Shown: one piece after another, positions 28,777 to 42,200 of the stretch | Numbering within the stretch: the first letter of the stretch is position 1 | Layout: every line of letters begins with the position of its first letter | Assembly (NCBI GenBank): GCA_951406725.2 | Contig: OX597830.1 | Coordinates: 35,216,001-35,280,000 of the forward strand | Length of the DNA: 64,000 bases | DNA from: Octopus vulgaris | Taxonomy: Eukaryota | Direction: 5' to 3' | Translations under genes and position numbers: made by a program | Notes under the pieces: generated by a model | What the model saw: the letters and a program-made list of their open reading frames with translations, nothing else | Database searches by the model: none | Told to the model about the DNA's origin: nothing

Positions 28777-29735
28777 ACACGTAAGCAAATACACAAACAA
28801 ACAGTGTAAATAGAAGATACAAGAGAATGTGTAACTTCTGAGGAACAAGATTTAACAACTAAGTTTATTTACTTTTACGCTTTCATTGAAAGAGGAAGAA
28901 TATTAACGCTTTAACGCTTCGGATATTAGTCCGTCTTAAAAAAAGGAAGAAAGAATGCGTAATATGAGATAGAAAACGAAATAGTGAGTGAGAAACAAAT
29001 TGAGGCTTACATATTAGGGAAGAAGTTTTTTTCCTATGCGGACAAAGTTAAGTAGAGAAATAGGAGCTGGTATGTCAAGGCTTGTAGAAGCTCTACCCAT
29101 GTGGGGGTTGGTTCGCTGTGTGTATATTTATGGAGCTATTTCGATGCGTAGCGCCGCTGTTTATAGACCTGTGGAGTGTTGCTATATGTGTGGACTCGTT
29201 AGCGGTGTTGTGGGAAAGCGTGCACTTGAGATTGTGGGAAAATGTAGATATTAGTGAAGCTAATGTGATGTCAAGACTAATTTGTGTAGCGCGTATATAT
29301 ACATACACACGTGAATGTGTGCATATATATGTGCGTGCGTGTGTGAGCCTGAGTGGATATGCGTGTTTGTGTGTGAAGGAGGGTGGACAGAGAGAGAAAG
29401 AGAGAAATACATCTCGCATTTAGTCCCACCCTATCCCGAGAATTCATTTCTCTCTCTTTCTCTCGCTCTCTCTCTCTTTCTCTCTCTCTCTATCTCTCTC
29501 TCTCTCTCTCTTTCACCACCCTTCTTGTTTTCTATTTCTTATTTCTTATATATAAGAATAAATGAAAATATACCACCAGCACCACCTACAACAAACATAT
29601 TGAAGAATAAACATTGTGTTAAAAACGTATATATATATATATATAGTATAAGATACCTGCCTAAGGCACCACGCAGCTGGACTGAACTCAGAACCCTGTG
29701 GTTGGGAAGCAGATTTCTTACCAGACTGCCACACC

Positions 29736-29784
<49 letters not shown>

Positions 29785-29849
29785 TTGGCAGGTGTCTTCT
29801 TCTATAGCCTCGGTCCGACCAAAGTTTTGTGAGTGGAAAAGTTGGAGGA

Positions 29850-30720
29850 CGGGTACTTCCTGGGAAACTCCAAGGCCGGGTACTTCCTGTCCGATCGGGT
29901 AGGACATCCTGGAAAAGCCCGTAGAGGCGAGGTAGCATTTTCTGGAAAAGTCCGAGGATGAGTATTTCCGGGAAATGTCCCAGGAGGAGTACGTCCTGGA
30001 AAAGTCCGAAGAGTGGGGGGAATTCCGCATAGGGACACTCCTGGAAAACCTCGACGATGGGTACTTCCTGGGAAAGTCCGAGAAGGGGGTAGAACTTCCT
30101 GGAAAAGTCTGAGGATGGGTACTCCTGGGAGAGTCCGAGGATGGGAGGTATTATTTCCTAGAAATGTCCAGAGGGTGACTTCCGGGAAAAGACCGAGGAG
30201 GCGGATTCCTGGAAAGACTGAGGAGGGTAGTTCATGGAAAATTTCGAGGTTCGGGAGGTATGACTTCCTGGAATAGTCCGAGGAGTGGAGGTAGGACTTC
30301 CTGGAAAAGTTCTACGATGGAGGGGGTAGGACTTCCTGGAAAAGTCCGATTAGGGGGACTTCCAAAGAAAGTCCGTAGAGAGGGAGGGGAGGAAGGACTT
30401 CTTGGAAATGATCATGGAGGGCGACTTCCATGAAAATTCCAAGGCGGGTGGAGCGAGGAGCAGAAGAACTTCTTTGAAAATCTGAGGAGAGGGACTGCCT
30501 GAAAAATTCCAAAGAGTGGGGGGTTGAGTGGGGAAGGGCACCAAGGAGTTTCTGGAAATGTCCCAGTGATCGCCCTGGAAACTTCACCTCCCCCTCAACT
30601 CCTCAAAGTTGAGAGGAGGGGACAAAGGAACTTTCCCGGAAATCTTTCCTCCCATTCCTACCATTCTTCCCCCTCAACACACCACATTGGAATTTTCCAG
30701 GAAGTCACCATCCCCCTTCT
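29850..30720. repeat. GC-rich degenerate array of about 25 palindromic units GGACTTCCTGGAAAAGTCC with variable purine-rich spacers
   Basis: Directly visible; the last units (about 30580-30720) are inverted and C-rich. Confidence 0.9.
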
Positions 30721-31184
30721 TCAGGTTCAAATTTGGCTGCAGGATCAGCACCTTTTTTGAAAAGAGTATTTGGAAGTCGATTACGTCGAATCTAGTACTT
30801 GACTGGTACTTACTTTATCGACCTTGAATGGATGAAAGATAAAATCGACCTCTGTGGAACTTGAGCTCAGAACGGCGAAATGCCTTTAATCAATTTCTCC
30901 TGTTAACTGGTCTTACATTTCACAATGTTCATTCGTATAATGACAATCCTTTCTAGTATAATCACACGGCCTGACATTTGGGGTGGTGTGGAACTAATCG
31001 ATTACATCGACCACAACGCATAACAGGTAATTATTTCTTCGATTTCGAAAGGTTCAAAGGCAAACTCGACTTCAGCGAAATTTGAAATCATAATTTTATG
31101 AGAGACGAATTGCCATTAAGAAATTAGACGATTACCGCATAAATGCACGCGCGCGCACACACACGCAAACACACTTATATATAT

Positions 31185-31372
31185 TTCTTTACTACCCACA
31201 AGGGGCTAGACATAGAGGGGACAAACAAGGACAGACAAAGGGATTAAGTCGATTACATCGACCCAGTGCGAAACTGGTACTTTATTTATCGACCCCGAGA
31301 GGATGAAAGGCAAAGTCGACCTCGGCGGAATTTGAACTCAGAACGTAACGACAGACTAAATACGGCTACGCA
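31185..31372 (-). mobile_element. SINE family B lacking its 5' head (fused to the Helitron end)
   Basis: Matches 2654-2850. Confidence 0.85.
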
Positions 31373-31862
31373 GTATCGCCCGGCGTTGCTCGGGTTTGTA
31401 AGGGAAATAACTATATAAGCATTTTTAGAGAGTTACTTCCCATATATAATAGCAAAAACATGCATAAAAATGGAATAAAAATGATGGTAATTTTTTTTTA
31501 AATGGTAGACTCATCGTAGACATTTTTAGAGAGTTACTTCCCTTATATAATAGCAAACAAATGCATTAAAAATGGAAGAAAAATGATGGTAATTTTTTTT
31601 TTAAATCGTAGACTCATCGTAGACATTTTTAGAGAGTTACTTCCCTTATATAATAGCAAAAAAATGCATTAAAAATGGAAAAAAATTTTATTTAAAATCG
31701 TAGACTCATCGTAGATGCGCGCTAATACCCAGAAGGGCTCGATATGAATCATGACTATAAGATACCCGCTTTTGGTTAAACTGCACCGCAAAATATGGGA
31801 GTAGTTAGGAATCTAAATCGTAGGAAACAGACACCACACAACTTCTCTTTTATATATATAGA
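31370..31862 (-). mobile_element. Non-autonomous Helitron with about 3 internal tandem copies of a ~98-bp unit
   Basis: Minus strand starts A|TCTATATATATAAAAG and ends with the hairpin CCCGAGCAACGCCGGG then CGATACTG (terminal CTAG lost); unit ATTTTTAGAGAGTTACTTCCC...GTAGACTCATCGTAGA repeated. Confidence 0.75.
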
Positions 31863-32011
31863 TTTAATATCATATGTTATATTGCATTATATATACGTGA
31901 GTGTGTTTGTGTGTGTCTGAGTGTGTGCCTGTGTCAGTGCGTGTGTGCGGTGGCCGTCTAATTTAACCACTTTTGTTTTTTTGTCTTATTTATTATTCTT
32001 TCTTCGTCTAT

Positions 32012-32048
32012 TCTTTCTGATAAAGAGCAAATGCTTGAAACGTAAACT
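32012..32048 (+). ncRNA. Degenerate minimal hammerhead ribozyme motif (Penelope-type)
   Basis: TT CTGATAA A GAGC-AAAT-GCTT GAAAC GTA AA; G8 mutated. Confidence 0.45.
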
Positions 32049-32102
32049 TTTCATTTTTTGTTGATTCCTATCTAATCTTTTGCTTTTCAAATTCTTTTAG
32101 CG

Positions 32103-32181
<79 letters not shown>

Positions 32182-32879
32182 TATGTATGTATATATATAT
32201 ATATCTACTAAATTATGTGGACGTAATTTGATTCATATATAGATATGTAAACATACTCTTGTTTGAATGTCAAATTATGAAACTATTTCTATCTCGCTCA
32301 AACAGTCTCTGTATTTAAATATTTCCTTCATACATTGCCCGTCAACCTATATATTGTTTTAGCATATTCTTCTTTACTAATTTCTTTGTCTTCATTGTTT
32401 ACATAGCTTCATCCGTCATTGCACTAACAACTCAAGGCATATATATTTTTACGTAGACTCAAATATTGTAATGAACAGAATGTAGCATGTTCACTAAACA
32501 TGCACACATACGCACATTTATATACATGCGTATATACATATATGCATATATATATATATATATAAATATAAATATAAGCATATGTATATATACACTTAAA
32601 CATGTATATACTTATGTAAATACACATGCAATTATAAATATGTGTATGTATGTATATATATATTTATATATAATATATATGTGGGTATATATATATATAT
32701 ATGTATATATATATGTGTGTGTGTAGATACATAGACTTACATATATACATGTAGAGTTTATCAGTTTAAAATGTATCAAAATTTAACATCGGAGTTTCGC
32801 CGAGCAATGCTTTTCAGATATACGCTGAAACATACAAATACAGGCGCACGGATATATATATGTGCATGTACGTGCACTG

Positions 32880-32919
<40 letters not shown>

Positions 32920-33198
32920 CCAGCTGCATATAAATGCATATACGTGTGCAGATGTTGTTATATATGTATGTATGTATCTCTGTATGTATATCAATGTTGG
33001 TATGTGAATGTGCATAGACATTCATAGATACATAAATATATGGAAGTGGTTGAACGTGTGCATGCGTATATGTATATACCCGTATATATATGTGTTTGTT
33101 GGTGCGTGTTTGTATGTATGCATGTAGTTACAACAGTTGAGAAATCATTATGAATCTTACGAGATTATATGCATTTTATACACAAACATACGCACACA

Positions 33199-33251
<53 letters not shown>

Positions 33252-33702
33252 TCTGAAGCTCCCACAATCATTTAATCTCTCGCACCTACACACACAAAGG
33301 CGTATACACACATATACTGAAGCATGCATGTAATACTTATTCGCATGTGCTCGCTTATGCACACACACACACACACACACACAAACAAAAATAGTCCGCA
33401 GTTATATATACTGGCACACACTTCTCAAAAAAAAATACCGCATGCACACAGACGTATATACATAAAACGTTAAACCGAGAGAAATTCTTTCATTAATTAG
33501 CTAAAAGCATTCGTATTTTTTCTGGTCATTCGTTTATTTGAAAGACGAAGCAATTCAGTGGAAAACAACAACTACAACAACAACAACCTCAACAACAACA
33601 ACAGCAAAAACAATTGCAACAACAAAGCGAAAGAAAGACAAAACAATAACACCACAAACAATGATGCCGATGACGACGACGATGATAAAGATGATGATTG
33701 TG

Positions 33703-33771
<69 letters not shown>

Positions 33772-34801
33772 GGCCCCCATCCGTTAGAAAGTCTACGTTT
33801 TCTTTAATAGAAGCGTAAATTCAGATTGTTTTGTATTAATATTCGCTTTGATTGTCCAAGCTTAGTTCCTCGTTTCGTCTGAGAGATTCTGGAATTTTAA
33901 GCTAAATTTCTTTATTTGTTACAACAATGAATAAATAAAAAGTGATGTTGGGTTTAGATTATATACGTATATGTGTTTCTGTGTATAGAGAATGTGTGCG
34001 TTTGTGACAGTTTATGTGTAAGTTTTGCTTGTGTGTTAGCGGTTGTGTTTGCGGTGGCGGTGGTGTGGGTGTTTGTAGTGGTAGGTACATGGGTGGGGGT
34101 GGGTAATATTTGTTTGGTTTTGTTGTCGAATCACAAGAAACGAGAGAGAGAGAGAGAGAGAAAAAAAAAACCACCATGAAACAAAAAAAAAATGAAAATA
34201 TTTATTTATACATTCCACGTTCATCTCGGCACTCACAATATTGCGAAAGGAAATGAAGAAAAATGTCGAAGAGGAAAAACAAAACACAATGGCAAAGAAA
34301 AGAATACGTGAACACAATAGCATGCATATACACATACGAACACACGGCTTTATACATATGTATATATACCTACATGCGTACATATATGCATATATATATA
34401 TATATGTGCCTGTATACATATAAACACGTGTGTCTATGTGTATATATATATATATATACACACACATATATATATATAAATATATGTATAAATACAAGTA
34501 TGTGAACGAATTCTTATGCTCATATATATATGTATATATATATACATATATATATTTATGTATGTATATACATATATATGTATATATGCATGTATATATA
34601 CATGTATGCATATATTCATATATACATATACATATTCATTTATAGTGATAAAGATATATGATCTATAAGTATATACATATATATGTTTCTCTGTATATAT
34701 ATATATATATATACCTATTTTTGTATATTGGTTTGTATGTATATATATATATATATATATCATAAGTTTGTATATGTATATACCTACATATATCATCCTC
34801 G

Positions 34802-34832
<31 letters not shown>

Positions 34833-35307
34833 ATTGTGTGTGTATATTTGCATGCGTATGTATGTATACTCACATATGTAGATATACATATAGATTAAAA
34901 GAAAGAGATTGAGAGAGAAAAGAGAGAGTGGGAGAGATTTGCAGGAGAGCACAGTGATAAAATAATTTCTATTCAAAATTTAGTTTTGCAACGATTGAAC
35001 GGAAGTTTTATGTGTGTTCATCTCTTACATAAACAAACATTCGCCTTGTTTCATTATCATTTGCAATTCCTCACTCGCTTTCCTTTACTTCTCATATGAC
35101 GTACTAATTTATGATAATGGGTAATATGTGTGTATGTGAGTGTGTGGTGTGTTTGCAAAGAAGTTGCAAGTGACTTCGAATTTTTGCTACAGTAGAGTTC
35201 TTGAAATTGCTTGATAAAGACCTTGTTATTTTGTAGATCGTATGATGAAACGTTACTGTTTTTTTTTAATCTATAACTATACATATAAATACACTATACG
35301 TATGAAC

Positions 35308-35349
<42 letters not shown>

Positions 35350-35697
35350 TTATATATGCGCAGTTTGTGCGTAACTAAAACTGAAAACTTCAACCATATT
35401 ATTGCAGACTCCGAGGGAATGTCTTACATGTATTATATTCTCATGAGGCATGATGTGATGGCCAGAACCGACTGGAGCAGAAGGGAAATTTAAATACCAG
35501 CTGACAAATTAACTTATTGGGACTTTGAAAAACATTATTGATGAACTTTAAAGATTAAAACAGCCAGCAAGATAAAGAATAAACGGACATATATTACTGT
35601 TGAGAAACAAATTAGATATATGCCCTCTTGTGAAATCGTCCATCTTGTCGACACCATTGTGGTCAGAAAATTACAGGAGAACGATAACGTTTATGGA

Positions 35698-36066
35698 CTC
35701 TCTTTTACTCTCTTTTACTTGTTTCAGTCATTTGACTGTGGCCATACTGGAGCACCGCCTTTAGTCGAGCAAATCTACCCCAGGACTTATTCTTTGTAAG
35801 CCTAGTACTTATTCTATCGGTCTCTTTTGCCGAACCGCTAAGTTACAGGCACGTAAACACACAACCATCGGTTGTCAAGCAATGTTGGGAGGACAAACAC
35901 AGACAGACAAACATATACACACACATACATATATACAACGGGCTTCTTTCAAGGCTTTGGTCGGCCCGAAGCTATAGTAGAAGACACTTGTCGAAGGTGC
36001 CACGCAGTGGGACTGAACCCGGAACCATGTGGTTTGTAAGCAAGCTACTTACCACACAGCCACTCC
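35698..36066 (-). mobile_element. Near full-length SINE family A
   Basis: Reverse complement of 22769-23175 with one internal deletion. Confidence 0.9.
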
Positions 36067-36671
36067 AACAGTAGACTGTTGATCTACTGTATATATTGTT
36101 TATTGATCTTGTCTATCTAGTAGCAAAGATACACTTTCTTCTGATATTTATCATTTTGGGAGAAACGGGATACGTAACAACCTGACAGCAGCTAAGTGTG
36201 TCTGAATTTGGTTTCTTGAAGAGAGAATACCACTTCGTTGTTCAAACGCTGCAAATTATCGCGATATCTGGAGCAATAAAATTCTGCAAGAACTTAGTCA
36301 TTATCCTAAAAGATTATATGCAAAACACGGTGCTTCCGTCACTACAATGCAAGTGGTTGGTCGGAATTTATTCTATTTGAAAAAAGAAAAAAAAATGAGA
36401 TTGAAAAAAGCACGCATACATGAATATACACTGCAAAGTTTGTGCGTGATGTTTTAAGGAAGGATTTTCGGAAATATTTTGTCAGCTTTTTTTTAAGAAG
36501 TTTGCTTCTTAACCTTATGATCTTCGGTCAGACCGACAAAAGTCTTGCAAATAGAGGTGATAGATGGAAACTGAAAGAAGCTTGAAATTTATGTATACGT
36601 TTTTGACATTTTTTTTACCTCCAAACAGACGATAAATTGATTTTACTTCAAATCTTTGTAAACTTTTACTG

Positions 36672-36710
36672 ATAATTGATAAGATGAGATTCATCATCGA
36701 AACCGGTTAT
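36672..36710 (+). ncRNA. Degenerate hammerhead motif
   Basis: TTGATAA GATGA-GATTCA-TCATC GAAAC CG GTT; palindromic stem III AACCGGTT. Confidence 0.4.
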
Positions 36711-37856
36711 ATTTTCTTTATACTAGTTTCCACCTCTATCTTTTATATATAAAACTTTGATTTGTATAGATCTCTAATCTTTTTTCAACTTTATATATAT
36801 ATATATGTGTGTGTGTGTGTATGTATATATATTTATATATACATAATATTATAGACATATAAAGAGAAAGAAAGAAAGAAAGAAAGAAAGATAAAGAGAG
36901 AGAGAGAAAAGAAAGACACACAAGTGTGTGTATGTGTGTGTGTGTGCTTATGTGTTTGTGATTGTATTTGTACCCCGTCACCGCTTGACAACCGTCGATG
37001 GGGTTTTTAGGTTTCCGTAACTTAGCGATTCGGCAAATGGGGGAGAGATTTCCAAAATGAATCCTTGGATCGATTAGTTCACCTTCAAGGCCGTGCCCCT
37101 AGCATGGATGCAGTCCGATGTCTAAAACAAGTAGAAGGCAAACAGTAGCTAATCCCATTAATGCCTCAAGTACTTCTTGACCTTATCTAAATTAATCCTG
37201 ACCAGTGCGTGCATATCTATGCTCTTTGCACTCAGTCAGAAATAATCCTGGCCATAATTTTGCTAATTGTAAAATCGTTAACAATGAATTCAAAAATTTT
37301 CATTGATTAATTCATAGTAGATTTTTATGGTTCATTACATTTGTGTTATATCTGCGAACTGATTTTTGGTTTGTATTTTGCTTTTAATAAAGCTTCCAGT
37401 GTTGATCCTTTCTTTCGTTTCTGCTTCAGAAAACAAAAGCCAAACAAAAAAAAAAATAAAAAATAAAAAATAACAAAAATATTGTTGACAGTACAAACAT
37501 CATATGTAAAAAATCAATTTAATTCGTTAAAATTTCTGACAGAGAAGATTCTGAAATTTTAATGGTTTAGGAGAGTTATTGCCCGAAACTAAGCTTTAAA
37601 ATGATTATTCAGCAAATATGATAAATATTTAATAAAAATTATTTAATTCGAAATAGTGGTGTCTTTAAGAAAATGTGTATGACGTAAAGAAAAAAACTCT
37701 TCATTAGGCATACATACAAGCATAGGATTCGAGTATAAACACACACAGTCAAACTCACGCACACACATGTAAATAAATAGACATAATTATGTATATATAT
37801 ATGTGTGTGTGTGTGTATCTATATCTACCAATAAAGATGCGTATAAATATAAATAT

Positions 37857-37925
<69 letters not shown>

Positions 37926-38121
37926 TATATACATGTATATACATGTATATATATACTTATATGTGTGTGTGCGTGTGTTTGTATGTGTATGTATATCCAG
38001 AGATATTAAAACCATATTAAACACCTGTCTGATAAAGAAGTCAATAAGAACCCTAGAGCTAAATAATAATTTATTATTAATGGAATTCCGATGAAACTTT
38101 AAAGTAAATGCTATTTCAATG

Positions 38122-38161
<40 letters not shown>

Positions 38162-38185
38162 TATATGAGTATATTTTAATGCATT

Positions 38186-38267
<82 letters not shown>

Positions 38268-38689
38268 ACTGTATCAAGCAACTCTTGGATGTTGTTAACT
38301 CACAGGTCGCATTGCACTTACTTGTCATTCTTGTACATTTCAAATGATTCCCAACCGGCATGCTATGAGAGCAAGCTTATGTTGAATGAATGACGGAAAT
38401 TACGATAGGCCCTACGCCATTAACGGGATCGCAATGTGTCACAGGGTGATTCATTTACAGCTGTGTAGACTTGAGCAATGTCGATATGAAGAGTCTTGCT
38501 GTAGAATATAACGCACCACCTGATCCAGAAATCAAAACCATGCTGCGATCGTGAGCTGAAGCAACTCCTTAATTATTAGTCCATGCATCTACACACACAC
38601 ACATGCACATACATATATGTAAGTATGTATGTATGTATGTATGTATGTATGTATGTATGTATATAAACATTGCATATAAACATTACCGT

Positions 38690-38936
38690 AAATCCAGCTT
38701 TAGTCTTCAGGGTGGAGAATTAGGCACCTCAAATCTTTTTAGTACTACTATATTTACACTTCTATATTTAAGAGATGAAGAATTATGCACATTATTTACA
38801 TTATTTACAGTTGACCGATATTTGTCCTCATTTTGTTTGTTGTTAACATAACGTTTCGGCTGATACACCCTCCAGCCTTCATCAAGTGTCTTGCGAAATT
38901 TCGAACGTGGGTTCTCCTTCCTAAGGTATTTTTCGA
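38690..38936 (-). mobile_element. Penelope-like pLTR fragment with a hammerhead at 38846-38890
   Basis: Minus strand GACAC TTGATGA A GGCTG-N10-CAGCC GAAAC GTT ATGTT. Confidence 0.6.
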
Positions 38937-38959
38937 TATTATTATTATTATTATTATTA

Positions 38960-41041
38960 TCTTCTTCTTTCAAATTTGCTTACATTTCTTGCCGAGTGTC
39001 TTCCCGACTCCTAGGGCAAATAAACTCATAGTATATATTGGTAGGCCATTAAGCTAAACTAAATTAAATTAAATTAAAAGTTCGTTCATTTTTTTTTTTT
39101 AAGTTAAAAAAACTATTACAACATGGGCAGTAATAGTTCTCACATCGACAATGCTCTTCTCAATACGTGTGATGTAACAGTTATGACAATTTTTTGCACT
39201 TCTTGCAGGGACGGTAAGCCAGGGATCATTCTCATATAATTTTCGGTTCCCTTCTCGATCATTCCTAGTGCTCCTACGATCACTGGTATTGTAACCGCCT
39301 TGAGATGCCACATTTTCTCAATTTCAATGAGCAGGTCTTTATATTTTCTGAGCTTGTCAAACTCTTTCGCCGAGATATTATGATCACAGGGGATGCTCAT
39401 GTCGATCAATAAGCAAACTTTATTGTTTTTGTCTTTCACAACAATATCCGGTTTATTGGCTTTGATGGTTCGTTCTGTATGTACTGGGAAGTCCCACAGA
39501 ATGGATACATTTTCTCCTTCAGTTACAGCTTCAGGGTGGTGATTATACCACTTGTCGGCAGTTTTGATATTGTAATGCCGACTTATTAGCCAGTGTAGAT
39601 ATTGGCCAACTCTGTCATGTCTTAATTTATACTCCACTGGTGCTAAGACTTTACATCCAGAGATTAGGTGGTCCACTGTTTCAATCATGTCATTGCAGAA
39701 TCGGCATTTTGGGTCTGCTCCATTTTTCATTACATTGGCCTGTTAGTTCCGGGTTAATAGGCTTTGATCTTGAGCAGCCAGGATGAAACCTTCGCTTTCT
39801 GCTTTTAGCCCTGAGATCCGTAGCCACTGATGGGTTTGCTTCAGGTCAACATCAACATATTTGCCGTGCAGAGGTTTCTCCTCCCACCTACCAGCCAATT
39901 GCTCGTGCGCTTTTTTCGTTGCCATTTTTTCACCTTCTTTGCAACAATAGTTGCCGTACTTCCCTTGGGTTGTTCAGTTTGGGTATCCTGCAAGAGATCA
40001 ATAGCAAATTTTTTGCTTTCCGTTATGATAGAATGAAGCTTCTTTCGTCTCTCGTGATTTTCCACGAGCTTTAGCATCCAGTCATTCGTTATTTCAAGAT
40101 ATTTGGCCAGTCCAATTGTGGTTGTTTTGTAAGCTAGTTCAAATTGGATCAGACCTCGACCTCCTTGGGCTCTGGGAAGGTAAAGGCGATCTACGTCTGC
40201 CTTTGGGCGGTGCATCCTATTACAACTCAGCAGCTTGCGTATTTTCTTGTCTATATTCTTTACTTCACTCATATTCCAGTTCAACCCATTGTAGTTATAA
40301 GTAACAACTGGAACTGCTAAGGAATTTATAGCTAACACCTTGTTACGTGCATTTAGTTCAGATTTCAGGACTGCTCGAACTCTCCTATAACATTCCTTCC
40401 TGATCTTCTCTTTCATGCTTGCATGCTGAATACCAGAGCCTTCATTTATCCCTAAATATTTGTATGTTTTGTTCTTGCTCAAGCTCTCTTATGACTGTGT
40501 CAACATCTAACACGACTGAATTTGTGGTCTTCACTTTCCCTTTCTGGAAAGTGGCCTTGGCACACTTCTCAAGCCCAAACTCCATCCCGATGTCATCGGT
40601 GAATGCTTTCACAGTGCGCAATAGGCCTTCAAGTTCATTATTGTCTTTACCATAGAGTTTTAAGTCATCCATATAAAATAGAAGGCTTATTTTTTATTGG
40701 CAATTTTATACCCATACCCTGTTCTGTTTAATTCACTTGTAAGGGGTATTAGGGATATGCAGAATATTAAAGGTGACAGTAAGTCACCTTGAAAAATTCC
40801 ACAGTTGATGTTTATATATTCTGAGGCAAGTACTCCATTAGAGTGGTATAATTGGAGATTCGTATTCCACAACGACATATTGTGCTTCAGGAAGCTTGAA
40901 ACCACAGGGGAAATTTTGAAGATGTCCAGCGATCTCAAGATCCATGGATGCGGTATACTGTCGAAGGCCTTTTTATAGTCAATCCATGCGGAGCTGAGAT
41001 TTCTGCGCTTGTTGTGACAGTTCTCAAGGATCATACGATTA

Positions 41042-41042
<1 letters not shown>
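38960..41042 (-). mobile_element. Second-family R4/Dong-like RLE retrotransposon, 5'-truncated and frameshifted
   Basis: AWIDYKKAFDSIPH, GIFQGDLLSP, MDDLKLY, CRFC...ETVDHLISGC, RHD, KPDI...IDMSIP...KYKDL spread over several frames; (TTA)n on both sides. Confidence 0.93.
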
Positions 41043-41113
<71 letters not shown>

Positions 41114-41118
41114 TGAGG

Positions 41119-41247
41119 TCACTGCTTGGAATCGAACTCGGAATCTTGGGGTTAGCAGCCCGCGTCCTTAATCCCTACGCTATATGCGTAGTGGTTAAGC
41201 GCGCGGGCTACTAACCCCTAGATTCCGATTTCGATTCCAAGCAGTGA
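41119..41247. repeat. Head-to-head inverted pair of tRNA-like sequences (62-bp arms, 5-nt loop)
   Basis: Left arm 41119-41180 is the reverse complement of right arm 41186-41247 with a few mismatches; each arm has an A-box-like, an anticodon-like and a B-box-like part. Confidence 0.85.
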
Positions 41248-41249
41248 AT

Positions 41250-42200
41250 ATATGAATAATTTAGATGGTATATGCGAATAATTTAGATGATATCGGGTTC
41301 GTATACGTTTTACGTAAATTAGAACTCTTTCACCCTGGACCCAGAGTCTTCACTAACTTCAGAATTTCAAAACACTAATTGATAAAATAAGCAACGTACA
41401 GTTCACCTTGGAACACAGTAAATTTGTACAAAACTTGCTGGTAATATAATAATCAAATTTGAGAGACGTGACAATTGAGACAATAATTGTTATTTACTTC
41501 TAACCACTAAAGACTTCTAAAAACAAATTTAATCTAGCGCGGTTAGTCTAAAGCAAAGAATATAATCACTCGCTACGCTTTTTGAATACAGCTTGAGAGA
41601 CGTGATCCAACAATGTCAATTCATACCAGAATTAAAATCTACCAAAGCAGTAGTTATGCAAGAATTACGAAGGACAGAAAGCAGCTCAAATATGCCAAAT
41701 ACTTTATATTACAACACAAGTCAAACAGGAGATCCAAGAAATACAGAAGTACGGAAATTCATGAAATGCTTTTTAGTAATGAAGTAAAATGAGACGCATA
41801 CATACATATACACATAAAACGCACACACACAGGCATACTTATGACGAAGAAAAATGTAGCCGAATACCCTTTTAAGTACGTTATGTAAATTAAGCTAAGT
41901 TGATTAATCGATCAACTATTGAATCGATTAATCAAGCAAGACTCAATGTACAATGGATGCAATTTACTGAACTATAGGAAACACGTGCAGAGTAATATAT
42001 ATCGTTGAAGATCTTATGTTTTTACTATATATTTATATATATGATAAGAAGAAATAAAACGATTATTTTATGAAATTCATTAGCTTACATCTGTTTCGAC
42101 TATAAGATGCAGTGGACTCATAGTTGAGTGCCTTCATCTTTGAGGCTCTGATGAAACTGTGAAACAGCTGTTAGCAAATGAAGTCCATAAGGTAATCGTT
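41250..42200 (+). mobile_element. Degraded Penelope-like relic(s): RT remnant and pLTR with a hammerhead at 42145-42175
   Basis: LDDI, QFTLEHSK and FNLARL-like remnants; GCT CTGATGA AACTGT GAAA CAGCTG TT AGC. Confidence 0.45.

Noticed and set aside
29850-30720. CRISPR array interpretation
   Set aside because: Eukaryotic context, no cas genes, degenerate repeats, and short spacers that are related to each other
41186-41247. Functional tRNA-Ser gene
   Set aside because: No acceptor stem, no long variable arm, and embedded in a palindrome
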